This document shows positions 14,601 to 29,600 of a stretch of 64,000 nt of DNA, in pieces. The translations under genes were made by a program, and so were the position numbers. The DNA comes from Ophelia neglecta (Eukaryota), in the NCBI GenBank assembly GCA_965285935.1, contig OZ260666.1:38936001-39000000 (forward strand), given 5' to 3'. Each line of letters opens with the position of its first letter. Position 1 is the first letter of the stretch. The notes under the pieces were generated by a model. The model ran no database searches, was not told the origin of the DNA, and worked only from the letters and a program-made list of their open reading frames with translations.

Positions 14601-17600
14601 CAGTTCACATAGAGAACATGCAGGTAGAGCTGGAGGCTCTGGTGGGTAACATCCTGGGGTGTATACAGGTGCCCCCGCCAGGTAGGAGACTCATCTGTCC
14701 TGGTCCGTATCACACTACTCTGTTAGCCTGGTGTCTGTAGCCGTCGTCTGCCTGCCATGTCAGATAGCTCACTAACTCTGTCCCGGCCAGGGAGACTGGC
14801 TAGTCTGCTGGAACATGGTGTCCTCAACACGAAACTATACCCCCCAAAAATCAGTCCAATCTCAGTTATAAATAAAAGACAATTTATAAAAATTAAAGAT
14901 AAATAAAATACAAATTTAGAACAATTTGATACAACATAATATAAAAATATATTGAAAATTGATGGGCAATGTTGTAGACTATATTTGTGTATACTATCTT
15001 ACTGGCCCAATATTGTAGTTAATCCTGAGTTAGTTCTTACTAATAAAACTCGCCCCTATGTGACTTTGAACCTTCCTGAGGCACCATGTTGCTGTGTCCA
15101 AACCAGGTCCTTCTGCTCTGCCAAAAGACCAAAACCAGAATCAGGTTGTCAAACAGAATACGGTGTATTTTACCTCACAGTGGGATGGCTAATGATGTGC
15201 CATCTATACGTGTAGAGACTACTGGATGTGTGTCACTTTTTTCTTTTCAAACTAAGTAATTTTCTTCCTTTAAGTGTGTGTGTGTGTTGGTTGTTGGTGG
15301 CAGATTTAAATTTGTGGGTAACTTGATCTCGTGAGTTGATAGTGAGAAGTCAGTAAAACAGCTCTTTTATCATCTTCGTTTGTTTTAACACCTTTTTACT
15401 AATCCATCATTATGTTTTCTGTCAGTGAGTTTTGTTGTTTTTTTTGGTAGTGTTTTCTCCTGGAGTCTCTACATGTATCCCACTGATATGGTAAAATGCC
15501 TGTTCTCTGTTGTTTTAATATCATTTCCATGCAATGATTAAGTAACAAAAAAGCTGAAAGTTTTTCACCAAAATCTCTCGGTGCTCCTTAAAGTACCCAT
15601 ATGATCAGCTATTAGATTATGTTCTAATTATCATTATGATTTATAAAATGTGGTCTTTGTACTGTGGAATTGATTTACATTCTACTTGAAATGAGTTCAA
15701 TTAAAGTCCATGTAATGAATACTTGCCATATTGTCATAAGAGATTAACAGTAAAAGATTTTTAGTGTGAAAGCAATTACATTATTGCATGCGCTCTTAAA
15801 ATATTGGACGATTTCAGAAAGAGAAAAAGTAGAATTTAAGTTAGTATTACTAAATACATACACAGTGTTGAATGTTAGCGGTAATGAAGTTTTGTGTTTT
15901 TAGATGTGCAGGTACTTGTCAATAAATAGTTAACTAGTATAGTAAATGGGTGTTTCTGGGATACTGATGAAGAAAATGATTTTTATTTAATATTTATATG
16001 GCAATATATTCTTGGCACACTACTGTTATCCAGACATTGTAGTATTCTTAAGTTGATAATACGGAAGTGGAAATCTTTCTAGTAGATGCTTTTAACCTCA
16101 TTTTTGTTCAGATATTATGCATAGCTTTTAATTATGAGGAAGTGGGCAGGGATTGTGGTTTACAGTGTGTCTCCTTTATAATAAGGATGAGTAGAAATTA
16201 TACACAATAGCATATTAAATAACAATATAACTTTGTATCTAATCATCATTGATTTTAGGGTCTCAAGTAGTGTTTTCTGTAATAATGTTGCTTTTGAATC
16301 CATATGTTTAACGCTAGTGCATCACCACATTTTTACATTTGTTGTCCTGTGCTGTTTCTAGGTGGTCCACAGATACGGTTCAGCATCGGAGCAGGTGATA
16401 GGCAAGCTCTCCAGCCGCCCCTCAGCTCCACCCTACCTGTCACCCATACCTGCGTCGCCATGCTCTTCCAGCAACTAGGTAAGACAGTAAAATTGGCTTA
16501 AATGTTACTGGCTGGCTTTTAAAAACCAATAGGATTTTATCAGAGAAACTAGCAGAAGTTATTCGGGAAGGGAGGAAAACGGGTGAAAGGGAATATCAAG
16601 ATATAAACACTAATCAATAGCAAGTATGTGTGAGCAAGTTTTGATAGTGCCTGAAACGAGAGGTGAGAAATGGAAGACAGTGCTTCATGCTCGGATGCTT
16701 TGGTAGGCAAGAAAGCCCAGCCGTCATTATATACTGCTGCCACACTCTTTTGTCACTGTCTTTCTCTGCAAAACAACTGCTGAAAATTAGAGGGCATGCT
16801 GGTTTTGTCCCGAAAGTGACAATTAAGCATACATATTTGCCAAACCCTTGTTTCGTGACCGCACTCCAAAGATCCTTTAAAGTTAAATTGAGGCTGAAAT
16901 AATGTCCGCCTCGCTTGGCCCACCCTGTATGGCTTTGAAAAAATTCAACTTGGGATATCAAGTTTGTTTCATTTGTTGTCTTAATAAAATACAGCCTATC
17001 AATGATGTTTTACAAAGATTTTCTAATAAAATCTTTTAATAGACAAATTTTACAACATTAGGTGACATGTTCATAATTTCTCCAAACCCACACATAAAAT
17101 AGAGCTCAATAACCGCTTACTTCTTACTATCATCCCCATGTAAATAAAAATAGACAGTACAATAAACAATAAACTATACCCAACTTAAGACACTAAATGA
17201 CCCACATGGTGTCTATGTGTCGTTAAGCCCCAAAAATCCAAATCCAAAGCCACACCTGACATAGACATTATTTCAGTTTAGACAAATATGTTTGCTACAA
17301 GCAGAGGGCTCTAGGAATACTCATCAATATCAGATCAAACCCAAGGTTTTCTAATAATATCACTACTTTAAAATGGAAACCTGAGCCCTCAGTCAGAGGA
17401 ACCAGTGTCGATGGCGAACTTAGCTTCTTCCAGAGTCCAGTTTAATAATAGAGTAAATCAAGCATTTTTATTTATATTTTTGTGACTGATTTTTCTTTAA
17501 AGTTTTTCTTGGAATTAAACTTCAAACAAATACATGAATTCAGGTGAAACACTATACCTGTGTAATTATGGTTAGGCATTATCGGTTTCTGGGTTAATTT

Positions 17601-20600
17601 TCCTTACACACGTATCCTCAATTCAAGAGTATATATTTTTTTTTGGAGCTGTTGCCAATTCACTTAGTTTATTTTTTCTTTGACAAGTATTGCCGAATCA
17701 CTTGGTATATATTCCTTTAGCAGGAACTGCCATACACTTAATATATTTTTCTCTGACAGTTGTTGCCAATTGACTTATTGTATTTTTTTCTGACAGGTAT
17801 TGCCAATTCACTTAGTATATTCTGTGCGGCTCTGGCAGACCATAAAGTGTTATTTCACTCTCAGAGCTACACGCGGCTGACAGACGCCAGTCATGCTGTT
17901 ACTTCCCTTATGTACCCTCTCAAATATAGGTAAGCTACTGACTGATAAGACCTGTCTGCTGTTTTCTTTTTTGGCGGTTTCATTTAAGAATGTCCTCAGG
18001 GGACAGACCTGAAGAGAAACATGAATGTGGTGAAGGGGCATGATGTAAAAGTCTGCAATAAGGTGAAATTGAATATAAAAAAAATTATTGTGTGCTGGTG
18101 GGGTTGGGGCATAATGGAAAGGTCTGTAGTAGTATAAAAATGGGTTCAAGAAACTTAAATTTTTTTTTGGCGGGGGGGGGGAAGCTTTATTAATTACATT
18201 ATTTTGAGAGCAGGCAAAGCCGCCAACAGTCAAAGTCATGTGCAGTATGAATTGTGTAATTATTAGTAATGTCTGTTCCGTCTTGTTTCTTTTCAGTTAT
18301 GTATATATCCCTTTACTGCCAGTTGGACTGATTGAGGTGCTGTGCACCCCTACACCATTTATAGCCGGGGTGCACACCTCAATCAAACCAGACGTCTCAG
18401 ATCTGGTGAGTAGGCCAGTCCATTGTACCTTCTTACTGATAGCAGTTAATACTAAATATGTAAAAATTAATGATCATTCCAGTATAGGGTAAAACCAAAC
18501 TATATTGATCTTGTCTCTGGCTATGTATTGGATGTCAGCTTTTTGAAAGACACTTTCCATTATGCAAGGGTCCTGGTCAAATTTACATATTTTGTGGTGC
18601 CGTCCCTGTATTTGATTGCAGCTTGGCCTGTTTGTTTTCAGCAATTTGTGACCATATTTAAGGGGATTTTTTGTTTTTGCTCGCTGTGATTTGTTTGCTT
18701 TATTTTTCAGCTTGATGTGATCGTAGCTGACCTGGATGGTGGTAGCATCCATGTCCCTGACCACATCAAACTCTCACTGATCCCGGAGCCTATATACGCC
18801 AGGGCCCTCAACTCTTTATATCTGGTAAACCCACTATATCTTGTAAACCCAGTGTCTTATGGGCACAAATACTAGTGTACATAGACACTTCAGGCTGTGT
18901 CTTAAGATTAAGTCTTGAACTCTGATTATTGTTTATTAAATATTGGTTTGTAGACTAAAATATCTTTTTATAGCTTTGTGTTAGTAATGAGTTAACTTCT
19001 TTTTCCCCCAGATTTTACGTCCAGATCTGTTATCGTCAGACCACGCTTTCCCGCCCTCTCCCTCCAAGACTCCCCCTTTGGAAATCCTGGACAAAGAAAT
19101 CCGGGCTGTCTTTCTACGCATGTTTGCTGAGTTGTATTTTGGATATAGGTCGTGTCTGACCATCATAAGAATACATCCCGAGCCAGTCATCACATTTCAC
19201 AAGGTGAGCCGGCAGCAGCAGGAATAGGTAGAGAATGAGTCATGTTAAAACAGATATCCACAGGGATCTGTAGTGTTTGGGGGTCATGTTAAACCTGACA
19301 GCAGCATGGATCTGTTAGTTAGGAGTCATCCTAAATCTACAGCAGGAGGGAACAGTAGTGTATGGGTCTTGATAAAAGCGATGGCCCCAGGGAACTGTAG
19401 TGTAGGGGTCATGTTAAACCTGACCACAGCAGGGAGCTGTAGTGTAGGGTCATGTTAAACCTGACCACAGCAGGGAACTGAAGGGTAGAGGTCATGTTAA
19501 ACCTGACCACAGCAGGGAACTGAAGGGTAGGGGTCATGTTAAACCTGACCACAGCAGGGAACTGAAGGGTAGAGGTCATGTTAAACCTGACCACTGCAGG
19601 GAACTGAAGGGTAGGGGTCATGTTAAACCTGACAGCAGCAGGGAGCTGAAGGGTAGGGGTCATGTTAAACCTGACCACTGCAGGGAACTGAAGGGTAGAG
19701 GTCATGTTAAACCTGACCACTGCAGGGAGCTGTAGTGTAGGGGTCATGTTAAACCTGACCACTGCAGGGAGCTGAAGGGTAGAGGTCATGTTAAACCTGA
19801 CAGCAGCAGGGAACTGAAGGGTAGGGGTCATGTTAAACCTGACAGCAGCAGGGAGCTGAAGGGTAGGGGTCATGTTAAACCTGACCACAGCAGGGAACTG
19901 AAGGGTAGGGGTCATGTTAAACCTGACAGCAGCATGGATCTGTAGTGTAGGGGTCATGTTAAACCTGACCACTGCAGGGAACTGAAGGGTAGAGGTCATG
20001 TTAAACCTGACCACTGCAGGGAGCTGTAGTGTAAGGGTCATGTTAAACCTGACCACTGCAGGGAGCTGAAGGGTAGAGGTCATGTTAAACCTGACAGCAG
20101 CAGGGAACTGAAGGGTAGAGGTCATGTTAAACCTGACCACAGCAGGGAACTGAAGGGTAGGGGTCATGTTAAACCTGACCACTGCAGGGAGCTGTAGTGT
20201 AGGGTCATGTTAAACCTGACCACTGCAGGGAGCTGTAGTGTAGAGGTCATGTTAAACCTGACCACAGCAGGGAACTGAAGGGTAGAGGTCATGTTAAACC
20301 TGACAGCAGCAGGGAACTGAAGGGTAGAGGTCATGTTAATCCTGACCACAGCAGGGAACTGAAGGGTAGGGGTCATGTTAAACCTGACCACTGCAGGGAG
20401 CTGTAGTGTAGAGGTCATGTTAAACCTGACAGCAGCAGGGAGCTGAAGGGTAGGGGTCATGTTAAACCTGACCACAGCAGGGAACTGAAGGGTAGGGGTC
20501 ATGTTAAACCTGACAGCAGCAGGGAGCTGAAGGGTAGGGGTCATGTTAAACCTGACCACAGCAGGGAACTGAAGGGTAGGGGTCATGTTAAACCTGACCA

Positions 20601-23600
20601 CAGCAGGGATCTGAAGTGTATGGGGTTATGATAAAACTAGATATCTCACTCTTGTTACTTGTTGTTTCAGGCTAATTTTCTTGGCCACCGGGGCCTGGTG
20701 GAAGATGAGTTTACCACAAGAGTCCTGGACTCCATGTCATACAGCGCCTTTGTGGCCGAGCGAGGACCTCCCTATAGAGTGTGTGACATCTTTGACGAGG
20801 TGGGTCTATAGCCGATAGCTCTAGTCTACACAGCTATTATCTCATCTTCAGATTAAGCATTTGATAAAACAGGACAACTGATTTCTCATATTTAAATTAA
20901 TAATTTAATAATGATATAAGTGAACAAAGTAAAATCTTGTAAGTATATATTTATTTAGATTAATTCTTTGTTTGCACCACTGCTTTAATGCTGGAATTAG
21001 TTATTGTTTTAATATGAGTTTGTTTTACATTCATTTGGCCAGGTCTTTGCAACAATAACAGAAACATTAAAAAATGAAGCACAAAACCCAGATCGTCTGC
21101 TACATAACATAAAGGACCTTGCCCAACAACTATACCTCAATGTGAGTATTGTAGAGTGAACATCATGGCTGTGCCTCTTTGGTGTGTGGTTTGTCCGCTT
21201 GATGTTTTCTAGCAGGGGCTTTATGACAAGTGGTCTATATATTTATATCAGTACAGTTATCTGTCCTTTTGCTCACTCTTCGTAGTCTCATCATGAATAT
21301 AGTGGTCTGGAGTATGTAGTCTTTACTGTCACAATTGACTTTATCCTTTTAATGTTGGTCAAAGCTTGATATTAATTATTTTGCTTGATTTCACTTGATA
21401 AGTTTAACTGTGTTGGTCTTCGTATTAGTAGTATCTTCTACCTTGGCAGTTAGATATGAGACTGGTGAAGCTTAGTGGATTAAAATGCAATAGATTTACA
21501 AAGTTTACTGCATGGCAGTTTCTATATGTCGACATATTACATACACTACAGGTGAACAGGTCTTATATTTATATGGGGCCTAAACTGGAGGTAAGGTGGA
21601 TTTCCTCACTGCAGATTATTGCATTGCAACTGGCTGTTATTTGGTTTTATGTTTCTTCCTATCAACTTCTTGCTGCATGGAGAGAGAATAAGAAAGGCAT
21701 CCCATTGCTTCTTCATGTCGTCTAGTTAATCTGGATGAAAACGCACACTAAAAGGAGCAGAAATGTTGTATCTGTAATCTGGCGACATGATGTGTTTAGA
21801 GAAATGCATTTCATATCTCAAGTTGATGTTGTACAAGTGTTTCTAACCTGGTGACTGATCCATTAATAAGGTGTTTTGTGTAAACTGCATTCAAAGTGTT
21901 GTATGGATACACCAGTCCATCGTGTCAGTAGTATAGATTACAGACGGTTGATTCCGACCATTTTATTCTTGTCATTCTTATGATTTGCGTAGAATGCGTG
22001 AATGGCTCTAAGCTTCTCCCTCCTGCATCAGTGTAAGTTGATAGGTGGACAGGTCATCCTGCCACGCCTACGTGTGCAAAGTTCTGACTGTTAATAAGTT
22101 AACACCATTAGATTTATATTGTTTTGTTGTGTTTTATATCTAAGATAATAGCACTGACAGTCTTCAAATAACAATATCACCCACAGAATGTGTGTTGTGA
22201 TTTCAAAAGACAAACTTTACCCTCTATAACCTTAATGATACATGATTAAATGGTGGTTGTCTGTAAGCTAGTGATGCTGTGAGAGTTATGACTTACAAAG
22301 TGTTCTCTTCCTTATTACAGGGCTTAGCTAAGAGCTAGTATATCATGTCAGTTACAAATCAGATAGTTATGACTATTTCTTTTCAATGTATACAGTGAAG
22401 CCATCTTGATATTTTCCAGGAGAATCCCAACCCCCAGCCATATGTACAGAAAGTGCCCAAGCCTACAGACGGTGCACATATGCGTATCCACCAAGCTGTG
22501 TTCCCAAAGATTGATCGCAACAAGGTCCGAGAACTGATGGAGGAGGGTCTCGCTAAACAGAACGTCAAATCAAAGTATGTGTCTGCCTCATAAAGGCCTT
22601 ACAGGCCCTGACATAACGTTTGAAAACTTTCAAGTCTGGGCCTTGCCGCTATATGACACATGTAAATGCAGCTGAAATTCACTTGCTTGACTTTTATTTT
22701 TACTTGCCCTGGGCAGTTGGCATTCACTAATGTCAGACCCTGGCTTTATCCGATAAGAACATCTATATTAGATGTTGGTTTAGCCAGTTTCCCATCATTT
22801 ATCTATTTTGTATTTGTGATCTAGATAACATCCCTCTGACTTCTGTAAAATATTGCAGGCAATTGTTGGCAACTACATGTATATGATTATCATTTTGTTA
22901 TATAGCTCATCGTATGTTTTCTAATTTCTTTGATCTGCATCTTTTTTATTTGTAGAAGTGTATATTTTAAAGAAATTGTGTTCTATTAATTATGGATTTG
23001 TATTGATAAGTTCCTTTTGTTGTTCCTTAGACTTGTACAGATGCGACCTCAGCAGCCGAGAATTGTGCCAATGGGCCCCCATGTCAATACAGCTCAGGTG
23101 AAACAATGTGTGGTGCCCACCAACGTCAGGAGGCTAGAAGTCCTACGAAACTGTGTCGGCTTTATATTTGATAACAAGATCTCAGATGCTAGGAAGGTAA
23201 AAAACTTTTATGAATGTTATAACCTTAGGCATTACTAATAGTCTTGTGAAGGCAAACATTGCTCATATAATATCTTGTTCAAGAACTTTTTAAAATGCTA
23301 CATTTTTACCCATTTTTATTGCTACGTTATTTGTTAGATGACTTGAAGGTGTGGTCATTTTATCTCTTGCCATTAATTGTCAGATTTTCCCTGCTGTGCT
23401 ACGAGCATTGAAGACCAAGAAAGCCCGGCTGGCACTGACTGAGGAGCTGAGCTTTCATGTACAGAGTAATCGAGCCATGTTAGAACATCAACAGTTTGAC
23501 TTGGTGGTCAGACTGCTCAACTGTGCCCTGCAGAATGACTCCTCCATGGATGAACATGGGGTAGCAGCAGCAATACTGCCCCTGGCTACTGCCTTCTGTA

Positions 23601-26600
23601 GGGTAGGTCACCACTTCACAAATAGAGAAAGCATTACCTGACGGAAATTACCAGATAGCAGATGTTTTAATGGTTTGCTTCTGTAATGGGATGTTTATTG
23701 GCAACTATTTTGCATTAAACTGGTTTAATAATTAATGCCGAACTAGGTTTTAAGATGTAGTTCGTTAGTGTAAATTTGACTTCAGACATGCAAGTTAGCT
23801 ATCAATTGTTTTCAATTTTTCAGAAATTATGTACTGGTGTTATCCAATTTGCCTACACGTGTGTACAGGAGCACGCGGTGTGGGCCAACACTCAGTTCTG
23901 GGAGGCTACGTTCTACCAGGACGTTCAGAGGGAGATCAGACAGCTGTACCTCCCTCAATACGAGGAGCACCTGGTACCCAACCGGGATTACCACCAGGGC
24001 CCGTCCAGTCCCAGGGAGGTAAGTACACTTCACAGGGGGAAAGGAGAGGGTGGGGTGGGGATTATTTAAAATAATGTAGTAAAGCCAATAACTTGTATGG
24101 ATGTTCCTCGTTGTATTGCCACAGATAGATTAAAACAATACAGATATATGCAGCACCTTTGTGTTTCAGGGGATATTTTAATTTCTTCTATAAAAGATGG
24201 TCTAACGCATTTTATACAGCACCATTCTCCTTCACAATAATCCTATATAGACCCATATCATTCAATTCACATTTTACAATACAGGTGGGTGTTATATCAC
24301 CTAATTATTTGTATCAACTACAGTTTTATGCCCTCCCTAGCCCTGTCACATACAGGCTATCCCTTGGCCTCTGCCATCTATCACCAGCCCTGTCATGTAC
24401 ACACCTTCATAACAATTATCAACCCAAACACACAAACTGTACAGTTCCTACATGCACATTGTTCCTATGCCAGCAGCCTTTTGATAAATATCAGGAATAA
24501 ATATTGTGCCATTATTATTTCCAGAAGTTAGATCTGAATGGCAGCTGGAGTCGAGACTCCTGGCGGAGTAACGGTTCGACGCCAGACGCCAAGCGTCGTT
24601 CTGTCACACATAACTCTTCAATGTTCAAACCTCGGCAGATAAGTGGATTAGAGATAGCTGCTGAACAGGTGAGAGGGTACAGTGAGAGAACTTTACCAAG
24701 AAAAAACCAATTAAAACAGTATATCAGTAAAACTGGATTTATTCAGAACTTCAATTCTGGTATGTTTAATTCCTTTTGATGTACTGACACATTTCTCATT
24801 GCTTTGTACAACCAAAAAAATGAAATTATGGCATTCCCTGTGGAGGAAGTGTCTTTGTTAAATTATGTTTGAAAACTACTATGTACCTTTGCCTTGTGTA
24901 GCTGAGAGTTTGGCCGACCCTGGGTGAAGAGAAACAGGCAGAGATGATCAACAACGAGGAATCCACTGTGTACAGTCAGGCTATACACTACGCAAACCGC
25001 ATGGTCTATATGAGGGTGCCACTAGACACCAGCAAGTCTCTGAAAGAACAGGCTCACGCTGGAACCGAGGGAGAAAGCACCAGCAGTAACATCACTAATA
25101 GGTACACCGATATCACTAACAGGTACACCAACGGTATCATCACTAACATGTACACACAAACATCAGCTACATGTACACACATGCATCACTAACAGGTACA
25201 CAGCAACACGTGCAAAACAACATCACTAACATATACACAGAAACATCACTAACAGGCACACAAATATCACTGACAAGTACACACCTACACCACTAACATG
25301 TACATACTAACATCACTTAAAGATACACAAAGACAACACTAATATGCACTGAACAAAATCACTAACAGGTACATACCAACATCACTAATAAGTACACAAA
25401 CATCACTAACAGGTACATACCAACAAAACTAACAGGTTCAGACAGACATCACTAGCAGGGATACAAGCACCACTAACAAATACACACCAATATCACCAAC
25501 ACACACATACTATAAAGATCACTGTCATGTACATGCCAATATCAGTTACATGTAATCACCAACAGCTCTAGCTGTACACTCCAACATCACTAACATGTAC
25601 ACACACATACAACACTACCATGTACACACAAACATCACTTACAGGTACACACCAACATCATTACATGTTCCCGCAAACTTCAGTAACAGGTACACAAGCA
25701 ATATCACCAGCATGTTCACACTAAAATTGCTAAGATGCACAAACTAATATCACTCATTCATATGTACACACATCACTAACATGATCACACTTATATCACT
25801 AACATGTATGCACCAATATCACTAACATATACACACTACTAACACTAACATGTACATGCCAACACCACTAACAGGTACACTGGCAGTGACATCACTAACA
25901 TATACACTCTTATAACTATAAGATACCACAACAATAACATTCCTATGAGAAGCACCAACATTCTAACCCACACACACTTACATCCTTACAATAACAGCAA
26001 TCTTACTAAACCCAAACTAATATCACTAGCATTTAAATTGGGTCTGGCAGTTATATAATAATATAATAATATCTTTATTCAGGATAGCCAAATATACTAC
26101 ATGCAATAGTTTAATGGATAAAAATAAATTTATGAAATTTCGTAATATTGGGTGTAAAATCATCTAGAAGGACGTATCGGCCATGTCCGTGGCCACTCCT
26201 CCGGCCGTCCTATTACTGACAGCTGCCACTACAGGCAGAAACAAGCCCGTCTTGTTGAACTGGTTTGATTACACTCTTCATTGTGACAATGTCTATTCAA
26301 CAACTTCAACTTGGACGTACTGCCCTCAAGTTGATGTAGGCTAATAAGAAGCCTTGTGTTTATAGCTTTCTTAAAAAAAAGTTCTACCCAAAAGAACACA
26401 TCTGACTGTTGCTACTGACATTCATTGGTAGGTAAGACAGTAACAAACTCTGTTATGATTTATTATAGCATTGCTGAGAGTGACAGTATGGATGCAGAGA
26501 GTGGCTTTGACGAGCAGGAGGTGTCTGAGGTGGGTGCCAATGTTGTCAAGTTTGTCTCCAGATTTGTGGACAAGGTCTGTACACAGAGCAATGTCACGTC

Positions 26601-29600
26601 TGACCACGTCAAGTGCCTTCACCAGATGGTACCCGGTAAGTTGGTGATCTTCTCACTCCAGTCTTCTTGTATTCACATACCGGTAAAAAGCCCTGGTAAT
26701 CTGGCACATTCAGGTCACATGTATCTGAGCATTGCAGTGGACAGATTATATTTCTTATTAACATACTGACTAGCTCCATCTGTGTCCTCCTACCAGGTGT
26801 TGTTGCCATGCACATGGAGATCCTGGAGGGGGTCTTCCAGGAGAGCAAGAGACTGCCTCCAATACAGAAGGTCAGTCATAACCTCATGATAATATCTAAC
26901 TTGTGTACATTCAGGGTACACAATATTCATTTTGTATGCTCTCTAGACAGCCAATCACGAGAGTTCTTATGTTTGACTACACTCTATCTAGTGGATTGAA
27001 CACAGATTTAATAATGAATTTGTAGTCTACCTAATTGTAAAATTGGAAGCTGAAAGCATATTGTTAGCAGTACAAGGGTAATCAAGCCCAATAATATTGG
27101 GTATTAAGAGGTCCTTAGACAAGAAGTATGATTACTATGTTTGTCTTTCAGCCTAAGATCCTGACGCCGACCCTATTGCCAGGCGAGGAGATAGTCATGG
27201 AGGGTCTGAGGGTGTACTTGGTGCCCGACGGGCGAGAGGAAGCCACCGGCGGTAATACGGGTGGCCCCACACTACTCCCAGCAGAGGGAGCAGTTTTCCT
27301 CACCACGTACCGAATTCTGTTTAAAGGCACACCTTGTGACCCACTTGGTATGAATAAGCATAATCTAAATCATATCAATCATATTTATAAATTACAAATT
27401 ATTATGAAAAAATGGTTATAATTAATTAATAATTGTACATCAAATTTCTCAGGGACAACTTGGTAAAACTGTATATTTTGGTGGTTTAACTATTATTTCA
27501 CTGCAATGGAATGCCAACAATTGGTCAAATCTTATTTAAAATGCTATTAGCAGATGACTCCTATTTTTGCCGGTGCGTCAATGTCAAAGAGATATAATGT
27601 GTATCATTGTCACAGTAATGTATCAGATAGTCAATACTAATCTGTCAGCAGTGCATTTCTGCCTTCCAAAAGTTTGAGCAAAAATAATTCATCCCATCCC
27701 CCTCTGTATTTTTGTAAGTGAAATTATCCATTAAAGCAAACCATTGAAGACTGATCTAGTTGTATTGATGTGATCTCCTTTTCCTTGTGTAGCCTGTGAG
27801 CAAGTTGTATGCAGGAGTTTCCCCGTGTCGACCATCACTCGAGAAAAGAAGATCAGTGTCCAGTATCTGTCACACATTGATCAATGGCTCCAGGAGGGGC
27901 TGCAGCTACGCTCTAATACATTCCAGGTACTACTACTACCGACCAACAGGCTGCAGGTCACACTTGTAATTTTTACGATAATTGGGCTCTTTTAAGGGAT
28001 GTGTTATTATCTCCCATCCAAATTACATCTACCAAAAAAATCAGATTATATATATGCTGAGGATCTAAACCAATTAACAGAAACATTACATAGATTAAGT
28101 TGTTATCCTTTTTTGCAGTTGATGAAAGTAGCATTTGATGAGGAGGTGAATGCGGATGATGTGGAGACACTGCGGAAGCTGGTGCACAAAGTGCGGAATC
28201 CCCCTAGCGTCATGAACACATTTGCCTTCACAGGTCTCATATTCACCCAGCCATCTCAGCTAGCCAAGTCCAAAGAGAAAAATGCCTCGCTCAAGTAAGA
28301 CTAGAGGATAATAACATTGTGTTTTGTCAACAGTCAGGGAAATAGACTAGGCAATCTCAAACTTGTTTGTAAGAGAGGTAGCTGGTATTGTTATAAGTTA
28401 TAAGTACCAGGTACTTATGAATTACTGTAATACCTCTAATGATTGTCCCTCCTTGTTTTTGAATTTATAGCTGTGTGAACTATGACAGGCCCATAAGAAA
28501 TGTGTATTACATGGAATACTAGATTTCAGTGGTCTCCACAATAGGCTTCAATGTAGCTTGGCTATTTATTGCAGAGAAATAATTATTTAGGGATTTTTTT
28601 ATGCAATTGGGGTGTACATATAAATACAAAACTAAGTGCCAATCATTAGAGGCAATGCGGTTATCTGTATTTGAAAGAGATGAGAGTAGCCAATGTGTGT
28701 GCTACACATCACACATATTAAGTATTAATCAGCATGACATTGTCGATTCTGTTTGACACCTTATCACGACTTTGGTGAGATGCATGTGACCCATCAGTTT
28801 GGTATATATTGATTACCACTTTGAACTTGTGTTGCAAAGGGGGTTTTCACGAAGAGAAAGCTCGTTGTATTTATGATCAATCACCAATATATTTTGCTTC
28901 AGCCGAACTCAAAACTCATAGTATGGGTTGAAAAATTGTATAGTCCACCCTCAGTCTATTTGATTTGAAAACCATTCTTTTTTTGGGGGGGGGGATTCTT
29001 TTAAACAGGGGAACAGGAAGGAGATTTAAACTGATTTAATATATCTTGCAGACATATTTTATAATATTAAAACGATTGATGGTATTAAAGTTGTGTCTGA
29101 TTTGCTATACCTTGTAGTCATCGTGGACCATTGCCCTTGGTTTAAAGTCAACTTAGTTATGATTATACATTTCAGGATGGTGTAAGTTTTCTAAAGTCCT
29201 GGTAATATAATTGCCATATGCTGGTTTTGGCGGTTTGAATTTGAGCTTTTTCTGGTGAAATATGACATTATTATTTGCAAACCCATTAACAACTAACAGT
29301 GTAGTTTCGTTTACAATTCCTCAATAACTCGACCATCGACACTTTAATGTTTTCTAGCCGCTCTCATATAGCTTCAGAAATTGTTCTGTCACCTTCCTGT
29401 TCTTTTGCCAGTTATTACGTGATGTGAACGACGTTTTTTTCCAAGTTAACTGAGCAAAATATTGTTTATTCTGATAAATGTTAAGTTATTGTTTTGGCTT
29501 GTCAATGTTGACGTAGTAAGTTAAGAACCCCACATTAATGATTGGAGCCAAGTCTTTTGGTTTGGAATGTGCCAAGTTGCACTGATGCTTACTTGTGATG

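Noticed and set aside
19409-20601. 257-aa and 145-aa minus-strand ORFs with a 14-aa repeat
   Set aside because: They are a by-product of a stop-free 42-bp minisatellite inside an SBF intron. The frame is broken by 1-bp-deleted units and there is no unique coding sequence.
19235-20635. CRISPR array (palindromic repeat plus spacer appearance)
   Set aside because: The spacers are near-identical variants rather than unique sequences, there are no cas genes, and the context is a eukaryotic intron.
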